Source: Rhizodiscina lignyota
Lineage: Eukaryota
Reading direction: 5' to 3'
Assembly (NCBI GenBank): GCA_010015805.1
Contig: ML978130.1
Location: 496,001 to 560,000, forward strand
Length of the DNA stretch: 64,000 bases
Part shown: piece by piece, positions 48,838-61,122 of the stretch
Position numbering within the stretch: position 1 is the first letter of the stretch
Layout: the number at the start of each line of letters is the position of its first letter
The notes under the pieces: generated by a model
The model's input: only the letters and a program-made list of their open reading frames with translations
Database searches by the model: none
Told to the model about the DNA's origin: nothing
Translations under genes and position numbers: made by a program

Positions 48838-50721
48838 ATGTCGCCCGTATACCTGCACGACGATGGATCCGAATACAGATCAACGTCGGACTATGACTCC
48901 GACGACGCACTTCCATGGAACATAGTCTCAGTCAACGAGAGGGAAATCACAAGTATTGAGCATCCGTGCGTCATTCAAAACGTCGACAATGCGATCAAGT
49001 CACTCTCAGGCAAGCACGTGCTCGACAATGTAAGTAATGTGCAAACCACCAGTCCTGCGACACTCGCTTACAGATCCAGTTCCTGGGAAATCGAGATCAC
49101 AGAAAGGAACTTGGAGTATCGCTGCGCCCAAATGATCCGCTAGCAAAGAGTATTCAGTCCAGACAGGTTTTCACAAAGGACGTCTTGCTCCGCATCACAT
49201 TACCAAAGAGAACTGGCCGAAAACGCAAGAGAGGATCGGACGATCCTTTCACCTACGATGGGAGTGGCATCGAACCTGATCCTGAGCACTATACTGCCGA
49301 ACCCGATCCTCTACCAGGCCTTGATAGCCCTCGCAAGCTCCTTCGGAGCCTCAGGGACAACGAAGATCGATACCAAATCTCGGCTGCCGGCATGATTACG
49401 ACGTCTCATCGCTATCGATCCGTCCCAGACTATCAGCATGCAACAACCCATGAGTCTCTTTTCAATAACATGCGTAGTACCCTTCTGACTGGACGGTTCG
49501 AAGATATCATCAAATTCAAACCCGACCCGCACCGTGGCGTCAAGAAGGGCGAAACAGTAGGCCCTCCAGCTTCATACACAGGATATGGGAATTTAAGCAT
49601 ACCGTCCAATTACTCATATCGCCAAGGACAACATGTTGCCTTTTTCCAAGGCGAAGGGGGCAAGCTGATCTCCACGAATACCAGAACAGTGAGAAAGACT
49701 TCTTGCCAGGTGGTTCCAATTGATACGGAGACGATACCCGCGAGTCACAATCCACGTCTCGTACCAGAAGCCATGCTTGATCCAGTTGTCCAAGACTGTA
49801 TCAATACGATTCGCACAGCCATGGAAGAGCGGCCCATCATGACGAGGCGATACGTCTTCAACCTGATAGGGAAAAAGGCTCAGGCATGGGAGCAGAGATT
49901 CGCTTGGCCCTACGTGGGATACGTCTTTCGCACCGGGCCTTGGAAAGACGCCCTCATAAAATTCGGCGTCGACCCCCGCAAAGACCCAAATTGCCGACAT
50001 TTTCAGGTTCAAATGTTCAAGCTCCATGTCGGACTCAACAAATCGCAAAATGAAGACAGCCTCAAAGCGACTTGGTTGAAAACTCGTCCATTTAAACGAA
50101 TAGATGGAGTTGCCACACATATCTTTGATGGCAAGAATGTCTACACAGACAGCAAGATTTGGCAGCTGTGCGATATTACAGACCCTCTTCTACGAGGGCT
50201 TCTCGACACCACCGATATCAGGACAGAGTGCGATGTAAGTATCAACTGAAGGATGGAGATCCCACAATGAGTGGCTAATTTGTCCCTAGCTGCATGGAAA
50301 TGGATGGTACTGGAGCGGAACATTAGCAAAGCAACAATCCATCATGCGGCATAAAATGGACATCATCCTGGGTGGTGGTGTGCCAGATGATGGGGCCTAT
50401 ATCCGGCTGAAAGTCTTTCCAGAGCACCTGGACGAAAAGTCAAGGACGATGGCGCACTGGGACAAGTTTCTGGACACTGGACATCCTACACGGCTGGAAA
50501 TTGAGCTTGGGGAAAGGATCAGGAGCCTCTCTGCCTATGGAAATAGGCGTCCAGGATACTCAACCCATGTAAAACCTATGAAGGGTGCGAATGAGAATGC
50601 CTCCACCAGCAAAGAGGCTGAAGACGATGGGGAAGAGAGTGATGAGGGGAGTGATGAAAGGATGGATCAAGACGATGAAGAGGGCAGCGAAATTATGGAG
50701 GTTGATGCAGATTCGGATTGA
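48838..50721 (+). CDS. TFC1: RNA polymerase III factor TFIIIC subunit tau95 (Tfc1/Sfc1)
   Basis: SIEHPCVIQNVDNAIKSL, LPKRTGRKRKRGS, HRYRSVPDYQ, ERPIMTRR, YVFRTGPWKDALIKFGVDPRKDP and WQLCDITDP; introns 49030-49079 and 50235-50289; acidic tail. Confidence 0.9.
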
Positions 50722-51301
50722 GGGCTCAGAAGATCAGGGTGAGGACGGCGAAGATCTCTGGTCGCGGACGTGACTCCTGAGGTAGTCCAAGGAGACAAAT
50801 TAACTCCCACTTTGCCAATTTCCACTGCTCTCATCTTCTCCGTGTCTGCGAGAAGGGATAATATTGCGTGACCCTACCTAGATACTTCGATGCCACATAA
50901 AGAGTCGCACGAAAATTTCAACGCACCTTCGAATCACCCACCCGATTGAAGCTTCACTGCTGGCGCGCACCGCCACAGTATCATCGCCCGCAGGGATAAT
51001 TTCACGTGCTTTTCTTGGCAAGGCACCGCCACGAGAGTAACGTCATGGTAGCGCCACAATAGACGCCAATCATCACGGCCGACCAACCGCAAACTTGGAA
51101 TGAGCAATCCCAACGTCTCGTGCGACCTGTTTCATCTACGGAGCGTGACAAAGCGGCATATAAAGATCCTTCAGCTTGCCTCCGTTACGAAGACACTTGC
51201 ACGCCTATCTATTCACTGCGATTCCATACCGTTGCGAAGCAGACATCCTCAAGTATACAACAGCGACAGACAAGCATCAACAGCCACCGCAATCAATCAA
51301 A

Positions 51302-51657
51302 ATGATTTCCGCACTCCTTCTCATCATCATCACTATCTTCAGTAAGTCCTTTCTCCTGCCATAACACAACACAACACCTATCTATCCGATTCAATAGAGA
51401 CTAACAGTTCCGCAGTTCCCCCCATCGGCGTCTTCCTCATCGCTGGCTGCGGCGCCGACCTCTTCATCAACATCTGCCTCACCATCCTGGGATATTTCCC
51501 TGGCCACATCCATGCATTTTATTTGGAATATGTGTATTACAAACGCAAGGAGGAGAGCTCCCAGGGTGTTTTCGACAACAGGCGCGCGCCTGGCGTGTAC
51601 AGCGATCGCGTCCAGACAGGCGGCAGGGGTTACGGGACTATGGCGCAGCAGTCTTAG
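51302..51657 (+). CDS. Pmp3/SNA-family proteolipid membrane protein (93 aa), split by an intron and so missed by the ORF track
   Basis: Intron 51342-51415 gives MISALLLIIITIFIPPIGVFLIAGCGADLFINICLTILGYFPGHIHAFY; TATAAA at 51159. Confidence 0.93.
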
Positions 51658-52727
51658 GAACACTAAGGGTAGGAGAATAGCGATGTGGTGAGGGTGTGAG
51701 GGTTATGCGGAGGTGTGAGGGATTGGGAGAAGGTGGATATAGGATTCCTGGATAGGTGGGCATGGAGTTTGGATAACGGATTGAGGGCGGGGCCTTCCAG
51801 GCTATTGCGATACAGTTCGGATGGAGGGGTCACGAAATTGGCAACGAAGAGTGTGAGATGTCTTTCAGCGATGGGAGGTAGCACTTCGGGCATGATAATG
51901 ATTTTCACTTCTGAGAGAACGTTGTAACTGCGATACTCAGGAAGGCGTTTAATCCGCTTATTTTTCTCTACAGATATCGAACAATTCGAAGCTACAGCTC
52001 CAACTCGTCTCATCGAACCGTCACAATATTCATTTGCAACTTAATGATTTCCGATTGTGGGCTGCTAAGTATGCTTCGTATTGACTTTTTATAAGTCTCT
52101 TTGCCAACCTCTCTCTTCATGGCCTATGTGGACTAAAAGGTGATGAGCCGTAAGATGTAGTTTTTGAAGAAGGCGAACGGGGGAAAAGACGTCGCGTCGG
52201 AAGTATTCTCTGGAGAGATCACCAAAGCCTCGTGCAGGCGATGATGATTATCTTCATCGTCTGGTAATACTCCTCAGACATCGACGGTCTGGTTGTTCAC
52301 AGTGGACGCTCAGCATGACCTTAAGCTCTGCCGTGGTCGCTTCGTTGCGGTACAAGACAGGTATGCTACTGCAAGAAAGAGAAATTTGCGGCTGGCGCAC
52401 CTGACATTAGTAGACCATAGTAAGGTCTTCTAGGAACGTTGAAGGAGCACGGTCGAAATATATAGCTCTCTCGATTTGGTTTGTTGGGGATCTCCTCAGT
52501 GCCCTAGTAGATTCCCCAAAGGCCTTTTGCCAGAGCGACGATGCTTGCTCGACGTCAGGACCCAGCTAGGCTCCAGTATAGTTTAGCTTACCGAAGCATC
52601 ACCAATTTTGATGTTCGAGTGGCGTCCAAGTCAAGTACCAGTATACCTCACGATCACGGAGCTGGTAGGTGGTTTATGGATGGAGCTTATATATTCAACA
52701 TCAGCAACACTGTAAACACTCACTCCC

Positions 52728-54253
52728 TCACAGCCTTGGCCCCTTCGCAAACCACCCCATCCACTTCCAGTTCTCCCTCCCGTCAATGCCCAGCACATCT
52801 TTCCCATCGTCTTTCTTTCCCCATCCACCTCTCTCTCCAAGCGCTCTCTGGCCCACGGCCCGCATCCGCCTTGTCCAATCATCAACTGCCCAGTCTGCAT
52901 GTTCGATCACATTATACCCATACACCTGCGCAACGCACTGTGGATCACCGTACAAGTTCGCGCTTCTCAGCAATTCGCCTCTCTCCGCAGCGCCGGTCAG
53001 CTCCGGCGCCATGGTAGCGTCTCTGGCATCTGCATCTTCACCGTCCAGCATCCAGATTGCGCCGTTAAGGAACGAGACTTGCTGCTTCATATCGGCGAGC
53101 GGCATACGATTTTGCTCATAGAGATCCACAACAGTCTTCATATCAGGCAGCGTGCCCTCGATATACGCCTTCATACACGTCCCCAGAAACGCGCCATCTT
53201 CCATACTCGTTGCAGCTCCTTGCGCCATGTGATTCGTCATGCTGTGCGCTGCATCGCCCATCACCACAATGTTCTTGCGGTCGTTACTCCAGCTGTCTAG
53301 CGGGCCGGTAACGAGCAGTGGCCATCGCTGTGCTGAGGGAATCATGTCAACGATGCGTTTGATGCGCGGATCGTAATCTTTGTACTCGTCGTATAGCTCT
53401 TGCATGTCAATATCCTCGAGCTTCGGCACTGGTGCGGGTCGGTGGTGAGAGAGAACCATGTTGAAATCTCGGCCGTTGGAGATGGGATAAGAGATGATGT
53501 ACGATTTTGGTGCCATCCAGACTTCCATGCTGCGCTTGGAGCCAGACGGTCCGCCGATAAGTTCTCGTGCGATAGGATCCTCTGCGATTTGTGAGAACGG
53601 TACGATCGCGCGGTATGCAGCGTTATTTGTTGGCGGCGTAGGCGTGACGTTGGGATAGAGGGTCCGGCGAACTATGGAAGAGACACCGTCGGCACCGATG
53701 AGAAAATCAAAAGTGTACGTTGTGCCCTTTTCTGTGCTGACGGTGACTTTATCGGACCACTTGATGGTCGCGACCCGCGAATCAATCTTGATGTCCGCGC
53801 CGTATCGTTGAGCAACTTTGGCGAGGCCATTATGCAGATGATGTCGGTGCACAACCCACCAAGGCGTGCCGCAGGCGGTCTCTACTCGCTTGATGAGCGT
53901 GTAGCCGATTTTACGGCCATCTTTCCGTCGCATGTTGAGTTCATCGAAACACACGAGGTCTTCGCCGATCTCCTTGTCCACGCCCCATCGTATGAGCAAA
54001 CGGGATGCATTTGGCGTCATTTGAATTCCTGCACCAATCTGTTGCGAGTCAGATATCAGGCTCAGATTCCAGATATTTGCCGACATAGATGCATGAAACG
54101 ACTAAGAGACATCATTACCTCGCCAAGCTCCTCTGCCGCCTCGAGCACCGTTACCTTGGCTCCCGCCTGAGCAATGGCAATGGCAGCAGCGAGGCCCCCG
54201 ATTCCCGCTCCTACGATACAAACATGGAGCTCACGTCTCTTTGAAGAGCTCAT
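52728..54253 (-). CDS. FAD-dependent monooxygenase (salicylate hydroxylase-like)
   Basis: IVGAGIGGL (GxGxxG), intron 54118-54039, IGADGVSS (DG motif) and MGDAAHSM..AQGAATSMEDG (GD motif). Confidence 0.94.
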
Positions 54254-55682
54254 ACTGATAGAAGAATAATGCAGCGATTTTGAAATGAAATAAAAGGCTC
54301 AGGCGCAAGGGGTATCGAGCTGAAACTCGCACAGGATAGATCAAGACGATAACAGCCGTTGAGAGAAAGGAATTTATGGATTTTAAAGCTCCGAACCTCT
54401 AAAGGGATCTAAATTTCTCCGAAAATGCCCAAGTAACACAGTGAACGATTGCAATGTTTGTCGTCGGATCATCCGCCAATTCAAATACCCTCTCTGATCT
54501 AGGTACCGCGGCAACAAGGATCCGGCCCTGTCCAGGAGGCCCCTGTGGATCTCCGGTAGTGCTGCGATCGCAAGCAAATATTCATCATCATTCTCCGGCG
54601 TTAGATGCGGAGTCGTGTCACGCATCTCTACGACTCGTCCGTGGCGCTTCTGGCGATGCGAAGTGGGCGGAAATAATGCGCGGGAATAAAACGGCTCCGC
54701 TTTGCTTGCTGGAGACAACTGTGGGGTTCACCCCAGATATCATGCACAGCAAATACGAAAGATGCCCACACGGAGCCCGCTGCATCAGATAGATCCTTGG
54801 ACCGTCACCGCTTGGATCCATGGACGCGTCTGGAAATAAGATACCCGGCAGCGAGGGCCGGCGACGGCTCGCAGGGGGTGGACATGATCAGGAGATATGT
54901 GAGGTACGTAGTAACAAAAAATGTCAGAATGACGCGACAAGGTACAGTTGGGGGTCCATTTCCGTCGGATACTGCACGTAAAATGAGGCTTAAGAGACAG
55001 GATGGCATCCATTTCCGGTTTATTCCCATCAGATCATAAGACATGAAGTTTAGCGATGGGATTGGGCTGTTGACATGGTGTAAAAGAATTTGCATACTCC
55101 GAAGAGAGGCCGTATCAAGCGGCGGAGAGAGCTCGCTTAGAATTGTGTTGATATCTTCGTCGAAAGTGAGAGACGATTCGTACGAGAGAACATACAAACT
55201 GAGAAAGTGGAAGAAACCATGGATTGGTTAATTGAGAGAGTAGTTGATGAAGTGATGTTTCATCTCGCTGCAGAGATTTTACGTGCTTTTTCCCTCGGCT
55301 CCAATTGGCTTGCCTCAACCCTAACCCTTTCACATAGTCGACTGCTCGTTACGTACAGGTCGAAAATTCAACGTTCTCTGCTTTCTTCAACATTTAACTC
55401 CTCTGCTAAGCACGTTTGAATCATTGCGGGGTTCCACCATTTCTTTATCAACCATTAGTCTTTCATCTTCTACTTTATGTGTTAAAGTTGCGCGAATATA
55501 AAACCTTTTCAATATTGACGTGTGCGAATTCAAACTCATCAAGGTGGCATTCAAAATTTCTTGCAGCAACATAAAAGAAGGCGTTGGCTAGGTCTACGAC
55601 TAGGAGAGCACTGATAACACACATCTTATCACTTAATTTCAATCCATTACTCGTAAAGAAGAGGACAGCCAAGGTATATGCT

Positions 55683-57633
55683 ATGTCATTCATGACCCCC
55701 ATGTCGGATGGCGTGCATCCTGAGGCCCACGTTTTGATCATCATCACTGGTAAGTATTAGAGACAATTCCACCAATAAATCAATTATTAACGGCAGACCA
55801 GGCGGCACAATCTGCATGCGCCGATCAGAAGACGGTTTCGTGCCAGCCAAAGGCTTTCTGCGGAGCGGCCTGGCGCCCAGGCCGTCATTCAACGACGGCA
55901 CATATCCAGAGCCATTGGAAATCATCATCGATGACAACGGAACGCGAAAAGCTGTTCAGAGCCTACGAACACCACTTAGTGCATACGAAAGACGCGTGCG
56001 CTACTGCGTCCAAGAATTCGATCCCCTGCTCGATAGCAGCTCCATCGACGCTGTGGGATGGGATCTGATCGCGAAGGCAGTCTACCGCAACTACAAACTA
56101 TTCGACGGGTTTGTCGTGCTTCATGGCACAGATTCACTAGCATATACGTGCTCAGCGTTGAGTTTCATGCTGCAGAATCTCGGTAAGCCTGTCGTCCTGA
56201 CAGGGTCACAAGCGCCTATGATGGAACTACAAAACGATGCTACCGACAACCTGCTCAGCTCCCTGGTCATTGCGGGCCATTTCATGGTTCCTGAGGTCTG
56301 CCTGTTCTTCAACTTCAGGCTCTTCAGAGGGAACCGCGCAACAAAAGTCTCCGCAGATGATTTCGGGGCCTTCGCGAGCCCGAACCATCTGCCACTGGCG
56401 GTGATATCCTCTCTGAAGACCAAAGTGCAATGGGATTTGGTGCACCGGCCGACGTCTTTAGATGCTTTCTCGATCAAGACAAGCCTTAACACTGCGTACG
56501 TCGCCTGTTTGCGCATCTTTCCTGGCATCAAACCAGAGATGGTCGACGCCGTACTTCGCGCTGAAGGACTGAAAGGGCTCATTCTGGAGACTTTCGGCGC
56601 AGGCAACACACCCGGCGGACAGGACAGTGCATTAACCAGAGTCCTCGCTGATGCAGTCAAGCGTGGCATCGTCATCGTTAACGTCACTCAGTGCCTAAGT
56701 GGCTCCGTCTCCCCCTTATACGCTCCTGCAACTGTTCTGGGACGAGCTGGCGTCGTATTCGGACATGATATGACCTCTGAAGCAGCACTCACTAAGCTCT
56801 CGTACCTTCTCTCATTACCAGACCTGTCACCAGCGGATGTCGCGAAGCAGATGGGCGTCTCCTTACGCGGCGAGCTGACTGAGGTGTCGCAGACACACTT
56901 CCAGCATCCGAGCAGTGGGACTTTGACCCCTGAGCTCAGAAGCTTGAGTGCACTGGATTATGCGGTGCAGAAGGGAGATCTGCAGGGCGTCAAGGAGGTG
57001 ATGGAACGGGAGAGTAGATGGCTTCTGAATGACGGTGATTATTCTGGAAATACCCCGCTGGTAAGTGAAAGGCGGCTGTTTCCTCTGTACGGGCATTATG
57101 AGGGTAGTCCAGGGAGTTCCATTACAGCAAGAACACGGGCAGGCTCTTCAGCCAGCTCAGGTTGCGAATAATGTTGGGATCTCAACGTCTGTTGGAGAAA
57201 ATGGTCCACTTTGTGAGCGTCTTGTGCTTCCATTTTCTATTCCTCGATGCAAACTGTCAATCCAATCTATCATCTCTATCTCTTAGCATTTTCTGTCGAA
57301 GACGCATGGTTACGAGGATAATAGGAAGTGTTTACTAACGCTAAGCAGCATATTGCATGCACATCTCCCAACCCCGAAATTCTCCGTTTCTTTCTCTCTC
57401 AGGGCGCATCAGTACACATCCGCAATCGCGCGGGAAACACGCCATTATTTCTTGCCGCGCGGGCAGGGCAGCTTGAGTATGTCAAGCTGCTGAGGGAAGC
57501 GGGCGCTCATCTCCACAGCGAAGAGCTGAGCCATGCGCAGCACCATGCTATGCGTGCCGGTGACGGAAAAGTCGGAGATGATACGGAGCGGTTGAGAGAA
57601 GCTTGGAATGCAGCGGGAGGGAGTGTGAGTTGA
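55683..57633 (+). CDS. Type I L-asparaginase / 60-kDa lysophospholipase with C-terminal ankyrin repeats
   Basis: IITGGTICM after intron 55750-55801, LHGTDSLAY, LTGSQ and DMTSEAALTKL; ankyrin motifs GNTPL|HIA (intron 57061-57348) and GNTPLFLAA. Confidence 0.94.
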
Positions 57634-58047
57634 GATATGTACGAATCAACCTCTACAAGAATATTAGTGGCAAATCTCGACAATAAAGATTGCGGGAAAT
57701 GATAGAGCAAAACATGCAAAGCCAGGAAAGGAACGAAGAGTTGGAATGACTGTGGGCTTACCGCTAGTGCCATGCAGATTCCACCGAGCCCTGTATGGAT
57801 CCGATTATCGCTCCCATTCGTGTTCATCTTCCTCTCAATAGCCTGTTCTACAACCATCTCCAGTTAACGCAATTCATCTATGGAGACGAAAGCCTGGTCG
57901 TAGAAGAGCGTCGCACAGACATGCTAGATCTGCGTTGTATAATGGCTCTCACGGCGTCACGGGGGTATTCTGTTGTGCACAGAAGTTGGTAGGAAGCTGA
58001 TGGCTGTTGTCGGTGGACTCTTTCGCGTACGAACTTCCCCCAATGAC

Positions 58048-59580
58048 CTAGCCCTCGTCCTGTTCGATCATGACAAAGATTCCGCGTGGCGTACTTCCTC
58101 TTTTAGATTTGATCCAATCCACTGCTTGCTCCCATTCATCACTCACCTCCTCTTCCACTAAAGAGACGACGCATGAGGCGGCTGCGGTAACTCCCTTCTC
58201 AGTGGAGAAGCGAGCGTAGTGCAAGTCACGATCAAGAGAGCATTTAATTCTACGAAGAGGTCGCTGTAGAGACAGGAAGAAAGATTCTCCAGGCGCGTTC
58301 AACTCGAGCTTCGCGGCAATCTGAGACCCATTCCAAACAAGCGTGACTGGTGTTGATTCTGCAGTCGGACTGCTCTGATTTCGAAGAGGGGTCCTCGGAG
58401 ACGAATCGAAGGCAGTCCGGCCTGACACACGAGAGGGGTCGATGTTTGGGGATCCGGAACTACTGCCCGATGAAGCCTGCCGACGGGGGATTCGCGAGGA
58501 ATTTGGTGATTGGCGGGAATTTGAGGCATTTGACATATCTAACGTTGTGGGGCGAAGTCGCTGTCCAAGCCCACTGACGGACTGGTTCGCCGATGGCCGC
58601 CGCGACATTGGCACTACCGTGTCAGGATGCGATGACATCGCGTCCTGACTCTCATAAAGAGAGGAATCTGCGATAGACTGTGTCGGATCTATCCCCTGAA
58701 AACGTGGCCCGTGTTGGCTTTCTCTCTGAGGAAAAGGATGAGCCATTCTAGGATCATTGTGAAGAGGTGATACCGAAGCCCGAACTAATGAGTAAGAATC
58801 AGTATTTGCTTCAACTCCCCAGGGTGAGAAATAAGGATACTGACAGTTATTCAGGTGCAAGAGAGTTGATTCAGGGTCCAAATCGCCCAGAACAAGGTCT
58901 GGATCAATAAGGTTTGGAGAAACCAAAAAGAACGTTGTTTCGTGCGTCCTGGATGAGCCTTGTCGCATCCAAGTGAATGTTACTTGCTGATAAACGGTTA
59001 AGAGTGCATCGTTATAGCGAATTTGTATAGGACCTCCGAGTGTTTGTGGAGCCATTCGCAAGCGTTTACTAACGATGTTCTCGCTGATCAAGTGATAGGA
59101 CCCGGAGGCTCTTGTCATGTTCAGCATCTTTCGTTCATTGTCGGCATTGAATGCACATATGATCTCCTCGCCATCTGGAGATGACTGCTGCTTACTCGTT
59201 TGCGAAGTCAGAACAGGCGATGATGCCTGCGACGAAGGCGGAGGACTGAGAGGTGCAATTGGCTTCTCCGGCAGAGATGTGTGGCGGGACCTTGGTGGTC
59301 CTTTTCGATTTACCGGAGTGCTGCGATATGGCAACTCGGAGACATGTCCTTCTTCTTCGGCCATGACAGCGTGGAAGCTGAGTCTCCCAACCTCGCATGC
59401 TGCTTGGACGCATTCTGTAAGGGCGCCAGGGGCGCTCTGATCGCAGTCGGTGATAAATTTGATGGCCTCGCTTGGAAATCTATTCACGAGCACACTTGCT
59501 AGTTTGATGGTCTCTGACATCGCCATACGACCTTGACTGAAAGGATTGCGATAGACATGCGATTGGCGACTGAAACTCAT
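58048..59580 (-). CDS. Protein of unknown function with a possible degenerate retropepsin-like domain
   Basis: 510-codon ORF including a probable in-frame intron (58844-58785, GTCAGT..CTGAT..TAG); central segment ASGSYHLISENIV..VTFTW..TTFFLV..DLVLG; long S/P-rich linkers. Confidence 0.75.
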   Translation of the reverse strand: MSFSRQSHVYRNPFSQGRMAMSETIKLASVLVNRFPSEAIKFITDCDQSAPGALTECVQAACEVGRLSFHAVMAEEEGHVSELPYRSTPVNRKGPPRSRHTSLPEKPIAPLSPPPSSQASSPVLTSQTSKQQSSPDGEEIICAFNADNERKMLNMTRASGSYHLISENIVSKRLRMAPQTLGGPIQIRYNDALLTVYQQVTFTWMRQGSSRTHETTFFLVSPNLIDPDLVLGDLDPESTLLHLNNCQYPYFSPWGVEANTDSYSLVRASVSPLHNDPRMAHPFPQRESQHGPRFQGIDPTQSIADSSLYESQDAMSSHPDTVVPMSRRPSANQSVSGLGQRLRPTTLDMSNASNSRQSPNSSRIPRRQASSGSSSGSPNIDPSRVSGRTAFDSSPRTPLRNQSSPTAESTPVTLVWNGSQIAAKLELNAPGESFFLSLQRPLRRIKCSLDRDLHYARFSTEKGVTAAASCVVSLVEEEVSDEWEQAVDWIKSKRGSTPRGIFVMIEQDEG

Positions 59581-61122
59581 GGGCGCATGTCAAAATGATG
59601 GCGAGTACCGGTATCGTGATGCTCAGCCTTGCGAAGGAAACTATAGGTCGCGCGTGATGGCCGACGGCTCAATTAATGTCAAAGCCATCAGGAGTGAGTT
59701 GCGACCAGGTGAGCTTCGCTGAGGCGTGATTATGATCAGAGTTGACGTCGTCGTGCGGATTGCGGCAAGAGGTTGTGGTCGCATCAAGATGTCGGTGGAG
59801 ATGCAAATCGCACCATGTTGGTGTCCTGCATCGCCACAGAGAGCGCGTCGAGACAAGCTTACCACCTGCATGCCTTTAAGCCCAAATGGCCCTAGGTGGT
59901 TTCACCGGTGTGATGCTGTCGCAGGCACCAAGCTACAGGGACGGGGCGGGGCATCCTAATGTTCATCCTCAAGGTCTTCTCTTCGAATATGTATATGTAT
60001 CACGGATGAGAATGGTGCAGACAATAACATGAATCGTAGGATGCTCCCAGCAACAACCAGTGCGCCGTACGATAAAATGCAACAATCCGCATGTTTCTAC
60101 CCGCCTGACATTCTACTCCCGGACTGAAGTCCTGGGAGCCGGTTCAGCAGTTGACCCAATTGCTCTGCGCAACATCGAACATCATCAAAAGTCTCCCTCG
60201 TGGCCTTACCCGCAAGCGCATTTTGGCGAAAGCTGAGCCGAAGTGGAGCCGCAAAGGGGAATGGTTATGAGGTCCAGAGTGCGCCAATGCAGAATATGAA
60301 TCCAGCTCGACAGACTCACGTCTAGTACGACGTCTGATCGAGCAAGTGGGTGGCATATTGTCGGGACAGCAACGCCGCTCAGCAGGTAGAGCAAGACACA
60401 TCATAGCTTCCACATCTACACACAACTTCTCCTAAGGATCCCATGACTTTTGCATTGGGGCTGAGACTGCCCGACAGACTCCACAGATCGTACACAATAC
60501 GCTCAGGGAACAGACTTAATAGAACATCTATGATTTGATTCCACTAGCACTCAAAGCCGTAGCTCGAGACCATTTTTTCTGGGTTCCTGATAGTAACACA
60601 TAAGCGAGTATCGTAATCTACAAAAAAGGCTTGTCCAAGATCATGAAAAAGAAGCCTACTCGCATGCATCTTGGACATTAAGCCGCCTCCTCGTACCGCT
60701 ATGTCGGTGCCTTCCTTTTTTATGTGAGTACTTTTCCTGAGTACATTCTTCTGAGTGCACATGCGCCATCGTTCCCATTTGAATGCAACCGCCAATCATT
60801 ACCCCATCTGTGTGTTTGTGCATCTTGAAAAAAAGGAAGAAAAGGAAAATCGTCCCTATGAAAATCGTGTGGTCGTGAAAAGAAACGAAGGAGAGTTTCT
60901 GTGGTGACGGTGTCGAGAAGTGAACAAGCTGGACCGCTGATTTCCCGGTATCATGCGCCAGTAGTTGAGAACCTGAACAGGAACTCGGGGTTCAGAACGT
61001 GCGCCAACATCTGTGAAAGAGGAAGTGTGCAAGGTGTGAGGAATCTACAGAGATTCTCGCGGTCGACAAGGTAGCCTATTGGCGAAGAGACGTAGGAGTA
61101 GTGAGTGTAACGGCTAGCATGG

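Noticed and set aside
54805..55220. Possible small spliced gene between the monooxygenase and asparaginase
   Set aside because: Splice-like signals exist, but I could not build a coherent model or find a motif.
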